The notes below the pieces were generated by a model that made no database searches, had not been told where the DNA came from, and worked only from the letters and a program-made list of their open reading frames with translations. A DNA stretch of 24,622 nt from an uncultured bacterium (GTDB taxonomy: Bacteria; T1Sed10-126). This document shows positions 6,407 to 15,700 of this stretch, piece after piece. The DNA lies in contig CAZMIT010000014.1 in assembly GCA_964566495.1 (NCBI GenBank), positions 1-24,622 of the forward strand. Direction: 5' to 3'. The position numbers were made by a program, and so were the translations under genes. The number at the start of each line of letters is the position of its first letter. The first letter of the stretch is position 1.

Positions 6407-8095
6407 ATGATGGGGAGTTTGAACCGTCGAAAAGTTATTTTTACAGGGCTATCAATTATTACAGCTATATTTATGACCGTATTTGCTGTCGGAACGGCCA
6501 ATGCTGGCGCGGGCTATGGCCCGCGCGGTGCCGGTTTAGGGGGCGCGGGGGTCGCTTCGATAGATGACCACATGGCGCCCAGCTGGAACCCGGCAAATTT
6601 AAGCGTGCGAGATGGGTTTCAGGCCGGACTTCACGCTGATTTTGGTTTTGAAACGACGCGTGACTTCATGCACGATATTGACGCGACAATAGATGTCTTT
6701 GACGATTTTGATGATGCTGATTTTGGAAGTGATGAATTTTATGGTCGGGTTCTTGAAAATTCTGACGAGATAAACAGACTGGTAGAAGGCGAAGATGCTG
6801 GCATACTCGATGGTTCCAGCGGATTCAATTTCAGCTGGGACAACATCGGTGTGGGAGTTAACGCTTATGGAGAAGGAACAGCTTTCTGGGACGGAGACGG
6901 CGGGTCATTATTTCGCACGGCGATTGATGATGATATAGATTCCGGTAATGTTGGAGAGATGATTGAAGGAATCTCGGAAGTTTCTGGAGACTCTGTGGAT
7001 TTAGGAGATTTTGGGGGACGCGATTTATCCGAAGAATATGACAGAGCAGCCGCGTCAGTTGCTGAAGATATTGATGAGGCGTTGGATGAAATTGATGATG
7101 ATGTGGCGGAAACATTGGAGGATGTACTCGGTGAAGATGTTGACTCTGATTCGGTGGCAAATGAGTTGGCTTACCAAACTGAGCAATTGAATGCAGAAGG
7201 CGGGGACTACAGTGAATATGCCACGGCGGAAAATTTAGAAACTTTTTCTAACAACTTTATGGGCGATATTATCGGTCTTGCTAATGATTTTGGTGGAGCT
7301 GGTGATGTCAGTTCCAGTGGTACCCAGATTAGTTCTTCTGGGGACAATGACAAAGCTAAAATTTCGGCGGAAGGATTTCTGGCACAGGAGGTTAGCTTCT
7401 CTTACGCTTATCCGGAGCCAATTTACGAGTGGGATTTTGCTGATTTATACGCGGGCGGGAGCCTTAAAGTTATTAGCACCGAGGTAGGAACTTTCTCCTG
7501 TGCGCTTGACGATGACGATTGTGATGTCGACCCTTTAGACAACGTAAATGAGAGCAGTGACTTTGGTATCGACGTCGGTCTGCGGATGCACATACCGGAC
7601 TACAACGCCAAGTTCGCCCTTGTCGGTAAGAACCTTAATAGCCCCAGCTTCTCCTATCCGGACGGCGAGGATACTATTAAAGAGTATCACGGCGAAGATA
7701 TGGAAATGGATCCGGGTTACCGGTTAGGATCAGAATTTCGCCCGCTTTATCTTCTGCCCACTGAGGCCCTGGGGCGAGAATGGTGGCGGATGAGCGTCGA
7801 CTACGACGTTTCCTCTACGGAAACAATTTTTTCAAACTATGATCACCAGTATCTGGCCGTCGGCAACGAGTTTAACCCCGATTTTTTCTGGGCCAACTTA
7901 GCCCTGCGGGCTGGATTCCGTGATAACCTGGCTGAGTCCGATGCGCCACGTATCTGGACGGTTGGAGCCGGTGTCCGTCTGGTTGGACTGACAGTGGATC
8001 TGGCCTTTGCAATTTCGGATGACGACGTCGAGGTTGACGGCGACGATCTTCCCACTATGCTTGGTGGTAACCTGGCTCTCTCCTACCAGTTCTAA
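6407..8095 (+). CDS. Outer-membrane β-barrel protein, TraF_2/FadL/PorV-like superfamily (paralogue 1)
   Basis: Signal peptide ending ANA, GPRGAGLGGAGVA..DD..A..WNPANL plug motif, amphipathic β-strands and C-terminal YQF. RBS GGAGGAG. Confidence 0.8.
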   Translation: MMGSLNRRKVIFTGLSIITAIFMTVFAVGTANAGAGYGPRGAGLGGAGVASIDDHMAPSWNPANLSVRDGFQAGLHADFGFETTRDFMHDIDATIDVFDDFDDADFGSDEFYGRVLENSDEINRLVEGEDAGILDGSSGFNFSWDNIGVGVNAYGEGTAFWDGDGGSLFRTAIDDDIDSGNVGEMIEGISEVSGDSVDLGDFGGRDLSEEYDRAAASVAEDIDEALDEIDDDVAETLEDVLGEDVDSDSVANELAYQTEQLNAEGGDYSEYATAENLETFSNNFMGDIIGLANDFGGAGDVSSSGTQISSSGDNDKAKISAEGFLAQEVSFSYAYPEPIYEWDFADLYAGGSLKVISTEVGTFSCALDDDDCDVDPLDNVNESSDFGIDVGLRMHIPDYNAKFALVGKNLNSPSFSYPDGEDTIKEYHGEDMEMDPGYRLGSEFRPLYLLPTEALGREWWRMSVDYDVSSTETIFSNYDHQYLAVGNEFNPDFFWANLALRAGFRDNLAESDAPRIWTVGAGVRLVGLTVDLAFAISDDDVEVDGDDLPTMLGGNLALSYQF

Positions 8096-8317
8096 TCCGA
8101 GTAATTCATAGGGCGGTTGCGACAGCGCGGGGAGGGGAGCGTAAGATGGTTATTAAACTGGGGGCGGGGAAATCTGTAGAATCAGTCCTTAACCCCTCCT
8201 GAAGTCTATCAAATCATGGTTTCTCACCAGTCCTGAAATAAGGTTTGCTTTCCGCTAAGGGGGGGAGTAAACTATAGCAGTAGAAACAATAATATTACTT
8301 CCGGGAGGCGAGTTGGG

Positions 8318-9967
8318 ATGGGAAATATAACCATTTTACGTAAGATGACAGGTGCGACTCTAATGGTGATGAGTATTCTACTGCTGTTAAGCAGCAGCGG
8401 GCTGGAAGCACGCTCCGGATTTGGTGCGCGCGGAGCGGCAATGGGAGGGGCGGGAGTGGTGAGCATAGACGATCATATGGGACCGACCTGGAACCCGGCA
8501 AACCTGGGTGCCCGGCCAGGATTCCAGGCGGGATTACACGGTCGGCTGGGTTATGAAACAACGCGAAACTTTGCCGATGATATAGACGCCACCCTGGATG
8601 TGTTTGATGATTTTGACGGTGATTTTGGTGACGAGGACTACTACGCCGCTATCCTGGAAAATTCCGACCAGATTAAAAGACTGATGGAAGGGGACGACGC
8701 CGGCCTTATAGGTGGGGCGGGCGGAGCCAACCTGAGCCTTGGGAATTTTGGACTCGGTTTCAATAGCTACGCTGAATTAACCGGTTTTTGGGACGGCAGC
8801 GCGCAGTCGCTATTTCGAACCGCTCTGGACGATTTGGATAAAGACGAGATGCGCGAACTGGTAAACAACCTCTCCTACCGTGACGAATTGGACGAGGTAG
8901 ACTTCGATCGTGAGCCAACCAAGCAGGCTTACAGCGATGCCGCGACTAAAATCAAAGCAGACATCGACAGGGCTTTAGGTGAAGATACGCTTGCGGACCT
9001 GTTTGGCTACGAGCCTGACGTTACTACCGAACAAATTGCCAACTCAATTGCAGCCCGAGTTGAAGAGATGGAAGATAAACACGACAAAATTAGTCCCGCT
9101 AACCTGGAGAGATTTTCCAGCAACTTTATGGGAGACATAATAGGGTTGGCCCGCGATATAACCGACGGGAGCGCCGGTAGCATTTCCAGCTCCAATATCT
9201 ACGCGGGGGGTGAAGACGATGACGAGCCCCGGGTTGCTGTGGAGGGTTTATGGATAAACGAGTTATCTCTTTCCTATGCGCTGCGTGAGCCGCTTTATGC
9301 GACGGAATTTGGACAGTTGTATGCCGGGGGTAGTTTGAAGTATATGCAGGGAACAGTGGGCTCGGCTGCCTGTGTACTGGATGACGAGGACTGTGATATT
9401 ACCTGGGATGACAACACGAACGAAAGCAGTGACTTCGGGATAGATCTTGGCTTGCGCTACGAGATACCCGATTATGCGCTTCGCTTTGGGTTAGTGGGAA
9501 AAAACCTGAACAGTCCCCGTTTCTCATACCCTGACGGCGAATCAATTATTGAAAGACACCGGGATTCCGAGATTGAACTAAAGCCCAGCTACAGAACCGG
9601 GATGGAGTTTCGTCCCCTATATTTAATGCCAACTGAGGCTCTGGGGCGGGAGTGGTGGAGAATGAGCCTGGATTACGACGTCTCGGCCGTGGAGACGGTT
9701 TTTGATAGCTACGAGCGTCAATACCTGGCCGTGGGGAATGAATTTAACCCGGATTGGTTCTGGGCCAACTTAGCACTGCGGGCTGGTTTTAGGGATAATT
9801 TGGCGGAGTCAGATGCGCCTCGCATCTGGACACTTGGAGCCGGCGTTCGGCTTATCGGAGCGACAGTTGACCTGGCAGTTGAGTTCTCTGATGATGACGT
9901 GGAAGTGGATGGGGACAGTATGCCGACAATGTTAGGGGCAAGTATAGGATTGTCTTATCAGTTTTAG
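8318..9967 (+). CDS. Outer-membrane β-barrel protein, TraF_2/FadL/PorV-like superfamily (paralogue 2)
   Basis: Signal peptide ending LEA, GARGAAMGGAGV..DD....WNPANL and C-terminal YQF. Colinear with 6407-8095. RBS GGGAGG. Confidence 0.8.
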   Translation: MGNITILRKMTGATLMVMSILLLLSSSGLEARSGFGARGAAMGGAGVVSIDDHMGPTWNPANLGARPGFQAGLHGRLGYETTRNFADDIDATLDVFDDFDGDFGDEDYYAAILENSDQIKRLMEGDDAGLIGGAGGANLSLGNFGLGFNSYAELTGFWDGSAQSLFRTALDDLDKDEMRELVNNLSYRDELDEVDFDREPTKQAYSDAATKIKADIDRALGEDTLADLFGYEPDVTTEQIANSIAARVEEMEDKHDKISPANLERFSSNFMGDIIGLARDITDGSAGSISSSNIYAGGEDDDEPRVAVEGLWINELSLSYALREPLYATEFGQLYAGGSLKYMQGTVGSAACVLDDEDCDITWDDNTNESSDFGIDLGLRYEIPDYALRFGLVGKNLNSPRFSYPDGESIIERHRDSEIELKPSYRTGMEFRPLYLMPTEALGREWWRMSLDYDVSAVETVFDSYERQYLAVGNEFNPDWFWANLALRAGFRDNLAESDAPRIWTLGAGVRLIGATVDLAVEFSDDDVEVDGDSMPTMLGASIGLSYQF

Positions 9968-9994
9968 TTTTAGGGCCGAGGCGAGAATAGACTG

Positions 9995-11533
9995 TCAGCG
10001 TATGTGAGCGGTTTTGAAGACTTTCTTTTCACGAATAGTATTAACCTTAATCTCACCGCTATAAGTCAAGTTTTCTTCAATGTCGCTGGCTACCTGGCGC
10101 GCCAAATCAGGGAGATCACTGTCTTTAATTTCTCGGTTATCGACCCAGATCCGCAACTCCCGGCCGGCGGCCATCGCATAGACTTTACGAACTCCAGGTC
10201 GATCCTTAGCCAGCTTGCGAAGGTTTTTAATTCTTTCCGAGTAGTCGGTGATATTTTCTTTTCTCGCCCCCGGGCGGCTGCCCGAGATAGCATCGGCGGC
10301 AGCGACCAGGACACTTTCAACGCTATTTGGGTCAAAATCGCCGTGATGGCTACGCAGAGCGTTAGTAACTATTTCGTTTTCCCCAGCTTCTTCAGCCAGT
10401 TCGCCACTAATAACAGCGTGACCGCTGTCACGCTGGCGATCGACTGCCTTGCCAATGTCGTGAAGAAGTCCGGCCCGTCGAGCCTGTTCTGCATCAGCGC
10501 CAATCTCAGCCGCCATAAGAGAACTGAGCAGAGAAACCTCCATGCTGTGTAGAAGTTGGGGTTGGCCATAGGAGGTGCGAAAGCTCAGAACGCCGAGCAG
10601 TTCCAGCAACTCATCAGGAACGTTATCAATTGAGCACCGGCGCAGAGCGCGGCGAGCAGCTTCCATCTGATCCTGGTGAACCCGACGCTCGTATTTTTTA
10701 ACGCCGTTTTCTATAAGGTCAAAATCAAATTTTTTCTGTTGAACGATATTGTTAACTGTGCGATAAGCGATCTCCTTTTGAACCGGTTCCATGTTTTCAA
10801 TAACGGCAAGCTGTTTTTCTTCTTCGAAGCGAATGTCGGAGCCAATAGCATCAACGAGATGGTCCTGATGGTTTTCATAAAATTCAAGCAGCTGGTCGTA
10901 GGCGTCCTGGTCGGGGAATTTCAGAGCAGCGCTGGGGACGTCAGCCGGCGAGGGCATGTCGCAGCGGGGAAGGACGCGATTGTGGAAGCGACGCGCTAAT
11001 CGGTCGGCGTGGTTTTCTATACGTTTACGATAGCTTTTTGATTTTTTCCCCAGTCTCAGTTCTGCTCGGGAGATAAGTTCTTGCTTGAGAGTCTGTCGAA
11101 TCTGTTCCCTGTCAAGCCCTGCTTTCTCCTCCAACTGGCTTCGAAACTGGCTTTTACTTTCTGTAAGCTGCGCTTCTAAATCATCCAGTTCGGAGTGAGT
11201 TTCCTCCATCTGTTGTTTCGTATTCTGAGCCAGCTCCCGCCTGTGTTCGAGCCGTTCGGACATTTCTTCAATTCGATTCTGGAGTTCTTCTTCTTCGGTT
11301 TTCAGGCTTTGAATCTGATTTTCCAGTGATTCTCGGAAAGCGTCAATCTGGTCCTGTCGCTGCTTTATCTTCTCAGTCGTTTGGCCCGCTTCAATATCCC
11401 GACGGGCTTTGCGAAGGATCTTTTCGGCCTTGCGATGGGCTTTGTTTCTCTTCAGGCGGGAGTAGAACTTGTGACAGAGGAATCCCGTCAACAGCCCCCC
11501 GGCAATTAATATGATCAGCGTTGGTAAATTCAT
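9995..11533 (-). CDS. rny: Ribonuclease Y-like HD-domain protein with a degenerate KH domain
   Basis: N-terminal TM helix, coiled coil, FRTSYGQ..LHS.EV, AGLLHDIGK, HH, AADAISGSRPGAR, YA..AGRELR and a C-terminal GEIKVNTIRE segment. Confidence 0.8.
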   Translation of the reverse strand: MNLPTLIILIAGGLLTGFLCHKFYSRLKRNKAHRKAEKILRKARRDIEAGQTTEKIKQRQDQIDAFRESLENQIQSLKTEEEELQNRIEEMSERLEHRRELAQNTKQQMEETHSELDDLEAQLTESKSQFRSQLEEKAGLDREQIRQTLKQELISRAELRLGKKSKSYRKRIENHADRLARRFHNRVLPRCDMPSPADVPSAALKFPDQDAYDQLLEFYENHQDHLVDAIGSDIRFEEEKQLAVIENMEPVQKEIAYRTVNNIVQQKKFDFDLIENGVKKYERRVHQDQMEAARRALRRCSIDNVPDELLELLGVLSFRTSYGQPQLLHSMEVSLLSSLMAAEIGADAEQARRAGLLHDIGKAVDRQRDSGHAVISGELAEEAGENEIVTNALRSHHGDFDPNSVESVLVAAADAISGSRPGARKENITDYSERIKNLRKLAKDRPGVRKVYAMAAGRELRIWVDNREIKDSDLPDLARQVASDIEENLTYSGEIKVNTIREKKVFKTAHIR

Positions 11534-11566
11534 AATGTCACCAGAACAGATAATTTAGTTGTTTGG

Positions 11567-11914
11567 TTATTCTTCTTCGGAGGCTTCACCGCTGAGTCGG
11601 CGTTCGCGCTCTTCCTGCAGCTTACGGCTCCCTTCTTCGAAAGCAGTTTTCAGTGCTTCCAGTTCCTCGTGGACACGTTTTTGACCGCTTTCGACGGCGC
11701 GATTTGTGAGTTCATTTATTTCACCACGCAGCCCGTAGATTCGTTCTTTCAAATCACGACTTTTGTTGTCGACCGTATCGCGGGTCATTTCACCCAACTC
11801 CATTATCCGCTCCCGGGTTTTTTCGCCCGAGTCCGGAGCAAAAAGTAATCCCAGTGCTGCTCCAACGGCAGTACCGGTCAAAAACGCTTTAAAGACTCCA
11901 CCACCTCTACTCAT
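11567..11914 (-). CDS. YtxH domain protein
   Basis: FLTGTAVGAALGLLFAPDSGEKTRERI is the YtxH signature. Confidence 0.88.
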   Translation of the reverse strand: MSRGGGVFKAFLTGTAVGAALGLLFAPDSGEKTRERIMELGEMTRDTVDNKSRDLKERIYGLRGEINELTNRAVESGQKRVHEELEALKTAFEEGSRKLQEERERRLSGEASEEE

Positions 11915-12323
11915 CTTGATCTACCTCCTTCTGTGTAGTTTTAGATCGAAAATCTGAAATATATTTGAACAGGCTAAGTGCCGAGCCGGCCAGGCCGGCA
12001 CCTGAAAAATTATCAGGTGACAGTGTACGACGCCATTTTTCTATGATATTTTCCAGGCGCTCGCGACTATTTTCAACAGTGGTCAGCAGGTGGCCGACTT
12101 CGTCCGAAGTTTTAGTAACCTTTTCTTCGACTTCTGAGCTAACTTTTTCCAGGCTGTGGACTATACGTTCAGCTTCGCGCAATAGTGGCTGTCCTTCTTC
12201 GGTGAGCATCATGAAGAAACGGCCGATTTCCCGGGAGGTTAACCAGAGGCGAAAAATCAAGAGCCAGAGGCCCAGGGTGATTAAAAAGAGAAACACAGTG
12301 ATCGCGATTTCAAAAGCTTCCAC
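11907..12323 (-). CDS. DUF948/YtxG-like membrane-anchored coiled-coil protein
   Basis: N-terminal TM helix and heptad region; overlaps the ytxH-like start by 8 nt; GTG start with AGGGG RBS. Confidence 0.6.
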   Translation of the reverse strand: MEAFEIAITVFLFLITLGLWLLIFRLWLTSREIGRFFMMLTEEGQPLLREAERIVHSLEKVSSEVEEKVTKTSDEVGHLLTTVENSRERLENIIEKWRRTLSPDNFSGAGLAGSALSLFKYISDFRSKTTQKEVDQDE

Positions 12324-12392
12324 GATTAAAACCCCTTTCGACGGTTATCAGTCAACACAAGTACATTAAGTATAACAAAGAAAAGCAAAAAT

Positions 12393-12626
12393 TTATTCGG
12401 CTTTATTTGAAGCTTTAGAAAAGTCGTATTCGGCGTTTATTTCAACAAATTCAGAGTTGAAGATTGCATTAACAGGACATTCGGGCACGCAGGTGGCGCA
12501 CTCAATGCATTCTTCGGGATTGACGTAATACTGGTCGTCCTCAGGCGTAGAATAGATACATTTTACCGGACAGACATCGAGGCAAGCCCCACATTTCGTG
12601 CACTTGTCAGTTATTATATATGACAT
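12393..12626 (-). CDS. 2x[4Fe-4S] ferredoxin
   Basis: CTKCGACLDVCP and CIECATCVPECP motifs. RBS GGAGGAG. Confidence 0.93.
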   Translation of the reverse strand: MSYIITDKCTKCGACLDVCPVKCIYSTPEDDQYYVNPEECIECATCVPECPVNAIFNSEFVEINAEYDFSKASNKAE

Positions 12627-12747
12627 TTTAGCTCCTCCGAATCAAATCTAAGAAAAGTCTCGTATAAACTCCCAGTAGAGGATATATATTTTTCCGGAAA
12701 AATTAAAGGAAAAAGCCGACCCGGGGGCAGGAAAGGCTAAGGTGACG

Positions 12748-15700
12748 TTACTTTAGCTGTCGCAGTCGCTGGACGTAGAATTGATAGCCAGAAAAATTAA
12801 ACTCGCGGGTATTTTCCAGGTCCTGCTGGATAGAATTAAGTCGGACTATCGGGTTTTTATTCTCTGAGTGGAAGTCATCAACGGTGGTAGAATTTTCCAC
12901 TAATTTGCGAGCAATATCTCGATGGATAAAGTTGAGTTCTCGAGTAAGCGAGCTAATCGCCATTTCCTCCCAGTGGTCGTGCGACCGCTGGTGTATCAAT
13001 CGGCCCAGTATCCAGTCAATGTTAAGTAACGAGCCGAGTTCAAAGTAAAATTTCGCGGTTTCACCAACTGGTTTTCCTGCCTGGTCAGCGAGAAAAATTA
13101 TATCGAGGTCGGGAATTAAGTAGTAAAGATCAACCAAAGAATTAACAAAAGTTTCGTCAGCTCCCACATCTTCCCAGCGTTCCTTTTTTTTGTTAATTCT
13201 TTCCAGACGTGAACCGGAGAGTTCAGCATGAACTTTTTGTCGCTGTTTCTCAAGTCGGGGAGCGGCTATCCGTTCGAATTCAGGGGGAGAGTAATGGCGG
13301 TTAAAACTGTTGTAAAGCCAGCTGGAAACAGTACCAATTCGAACAAGTATTTTCCGCCAGGTTTGATAAAAGATTTCCGCCTCAAGTTCATCTTCCAGTT
13401 GACTGAGAGTTGAGAAGAGGTGCTGTGTGCCGGTAAGTCTTTCGCCGACAAGAAACCAGCGTGTCAGTTCGGTTATTTCAGCTCCGGTCTCTTCACTCAA
13501 GCGGAAGAAGAAAGTAAGTCCGCAGGTATCAACCAGATGATTGACCAGTTCTGTCAGGGCGATTTCTTTTTTAAGCGGGTGATTGTTCATCCCCTGTGAG
13601 AATTCTTCGACCAGCTTGTCGGGAAAATAGCGGTGCAGGAAGGGTTTTATCAGCCAGCTTTCAGACCAATCTTCCGCCGCCAGGTGCTGGCGCAGGGCCA
13701 TTTTTGCGTAGCTGAGGATGACCGCTATCTCAGGTCTGACCATTCCCTGCCCGGCCTGCAGACGTTCCAGCATTTCGCTTTCGTAAGGCAGGTCTTCGAC
13801 CTCGCGATCGAGTCCAACATCGTCTTCAAGTTGTTTCAGCAGATGTCTATAATCGTCAAGACGCAGCTCAGAGTTGTGAGTTTCCAGGCTAATTGCGCCG
13901 GACTGGGAGTAATTGTTGGCAGTAACAAAATCAACCAGCAGTTCGTCCAGGCTTTTTAAGACATCGATGCGATCGTCGGGGTCAAGCTCATTTCGGCGGA
14001 TGCTTTCCTGGAGTAAAATTTTAATATTCACCTCGTGGTCGGACATATCAACGCCGCCGCTGTTGTCAATCGCGTCAGTATTGAGGCGGACGTCATTACG
14101 CGCCAGCTCAATTCGGCCCTGCTGTGTTATCCCCAGATTGCCCCCCTCGCCAATAACGTCAGCCTGCACCTGGTCGGCATCAACCCGGCAGGCGTCGTTG
14201 GCCGGGTCGCCGGCGTCGGAGTGCGCCTCGCCGGAGGACTTAATGTAGGTTCCGATTCCACCGTTGAAGAGCAGGTCGACGTCAAGTTGAAGGAGAGCTT
14301 TAATGACTTCCTCTGGCGTTGGCTCCTCATTATCGATATCCAGCATCTGGCGGCTTTTCTCGGGGAGGTCTATAGTGCGGACGTCGCGTCGGAAAACACC
14401 GCCACCGTCGCTGATTAAAGATTTGTCGTATTCGTCCCAATCGGCTTCACTATCATAAAGCCGTTTTCGTTCCTCAAAGGAGTTGTCGGGATCGGGATCA
14501 GGGTCAAGAAAGATGAAGCGATGATTAAAGGAACCGAGCAGCCGGATCCTGTCGGAGAGTAGCATACCGTTGCCAAACACATCACCGCTCATGTCGCCAA
14601 TTCCGACAACCGAGAAAGGTTGACTGATATCCTTGTCGAGCTCACGAAAATGTCGTTCAACACAGACCCAGGTTCCTTTGGCGGTGATGCCCTGCTCCTT
14701 GTGGTTATAACCGGTTTCACCGCCGGTGGCAAAGGCGTCGTCAAGCCAGAAGTCATAATTGCGTGAAACGGAATTAGCGAGGTCGGAGAATTGTGCGGTC
14801 CCCTTGTCAGCAGCTACAACAAGGTATGGGTCGGGTTCGTCGTAGCAGACGACATCTTTGGGAGCTACCGGCTCTTCATCGACAAGGTTGTCAGTCAAAT
14901 CAAGCATACCGCGCATAAAGTTTTTATATTTTTGTCGCGCTTGATCTGCCATTGACATCTCGCCTTCAAGATGTTCTTGTTTGATGATAAAGCCGCCTTT
15001 GGCGCCGCCCGGGACGATGAGTGAATTTTTAACTTTTTGGGTTTTTACCAGATCGAGGACCTCGGTCCGATAATCGTCACGCCGGTCACTCCAGCGGATT
15101 CCCCCACGAGCGATTTTGTCGTGGCGAAGATGAATGGCCTCCATTTCAGTAGAGTAAACATAAAACTCGTAAAGAGGGCGTGGGTCGGGCATATCCTGGA
15201 CTTCAGCACTCTCGATTTTAATACTGATATAGGGTTTGCTGCAGTTTTCCTGGTAGTAGTTGGTGCGCACTGTAGATTTGATCAGGTTAAGCAGGGAGCG
15301 GAGAATGTAGTCGTCGTTGCGATCTTCGATATTTTCAAGTCGCTTTAAGATTGCTTCTTCCTGGCTAGCAAGTTCTTTTTCTCGATTGTTATCAGGTTCA
15401 TCCGGAGCAAATTTAATTTCAAAGTAACGAAAGAGTAGCTCAGATATGCGGAGGAAGCGAACGAGGGTGCGGTTGATGGACTCCAGTTTAACAGTGGGAT
15501 TTATCTGGTGAAAATAATTTTTATAGAGGCGGAAAAGGTTCACGGAACGGGGGGTCAGACCACGTCGGGCTACCAGTTCATTAACGATATCATCGCGGTA
15601 GTAGCCGCGATAAACCCCATCTATACTCTCAATTAGCAGTTCGCGCTGCCGCTGGAAGGTAGCGGCTGATTTTTCAGGTTCCTCGATCATAAACAAATGT

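Noticed and set aside
6407..9967. Conjugation system implied by the TraF-like annotation
   Set aside because: No T4SS ATPase, relaxase or pilin genes are present; the name reflects a β-barrel family only.
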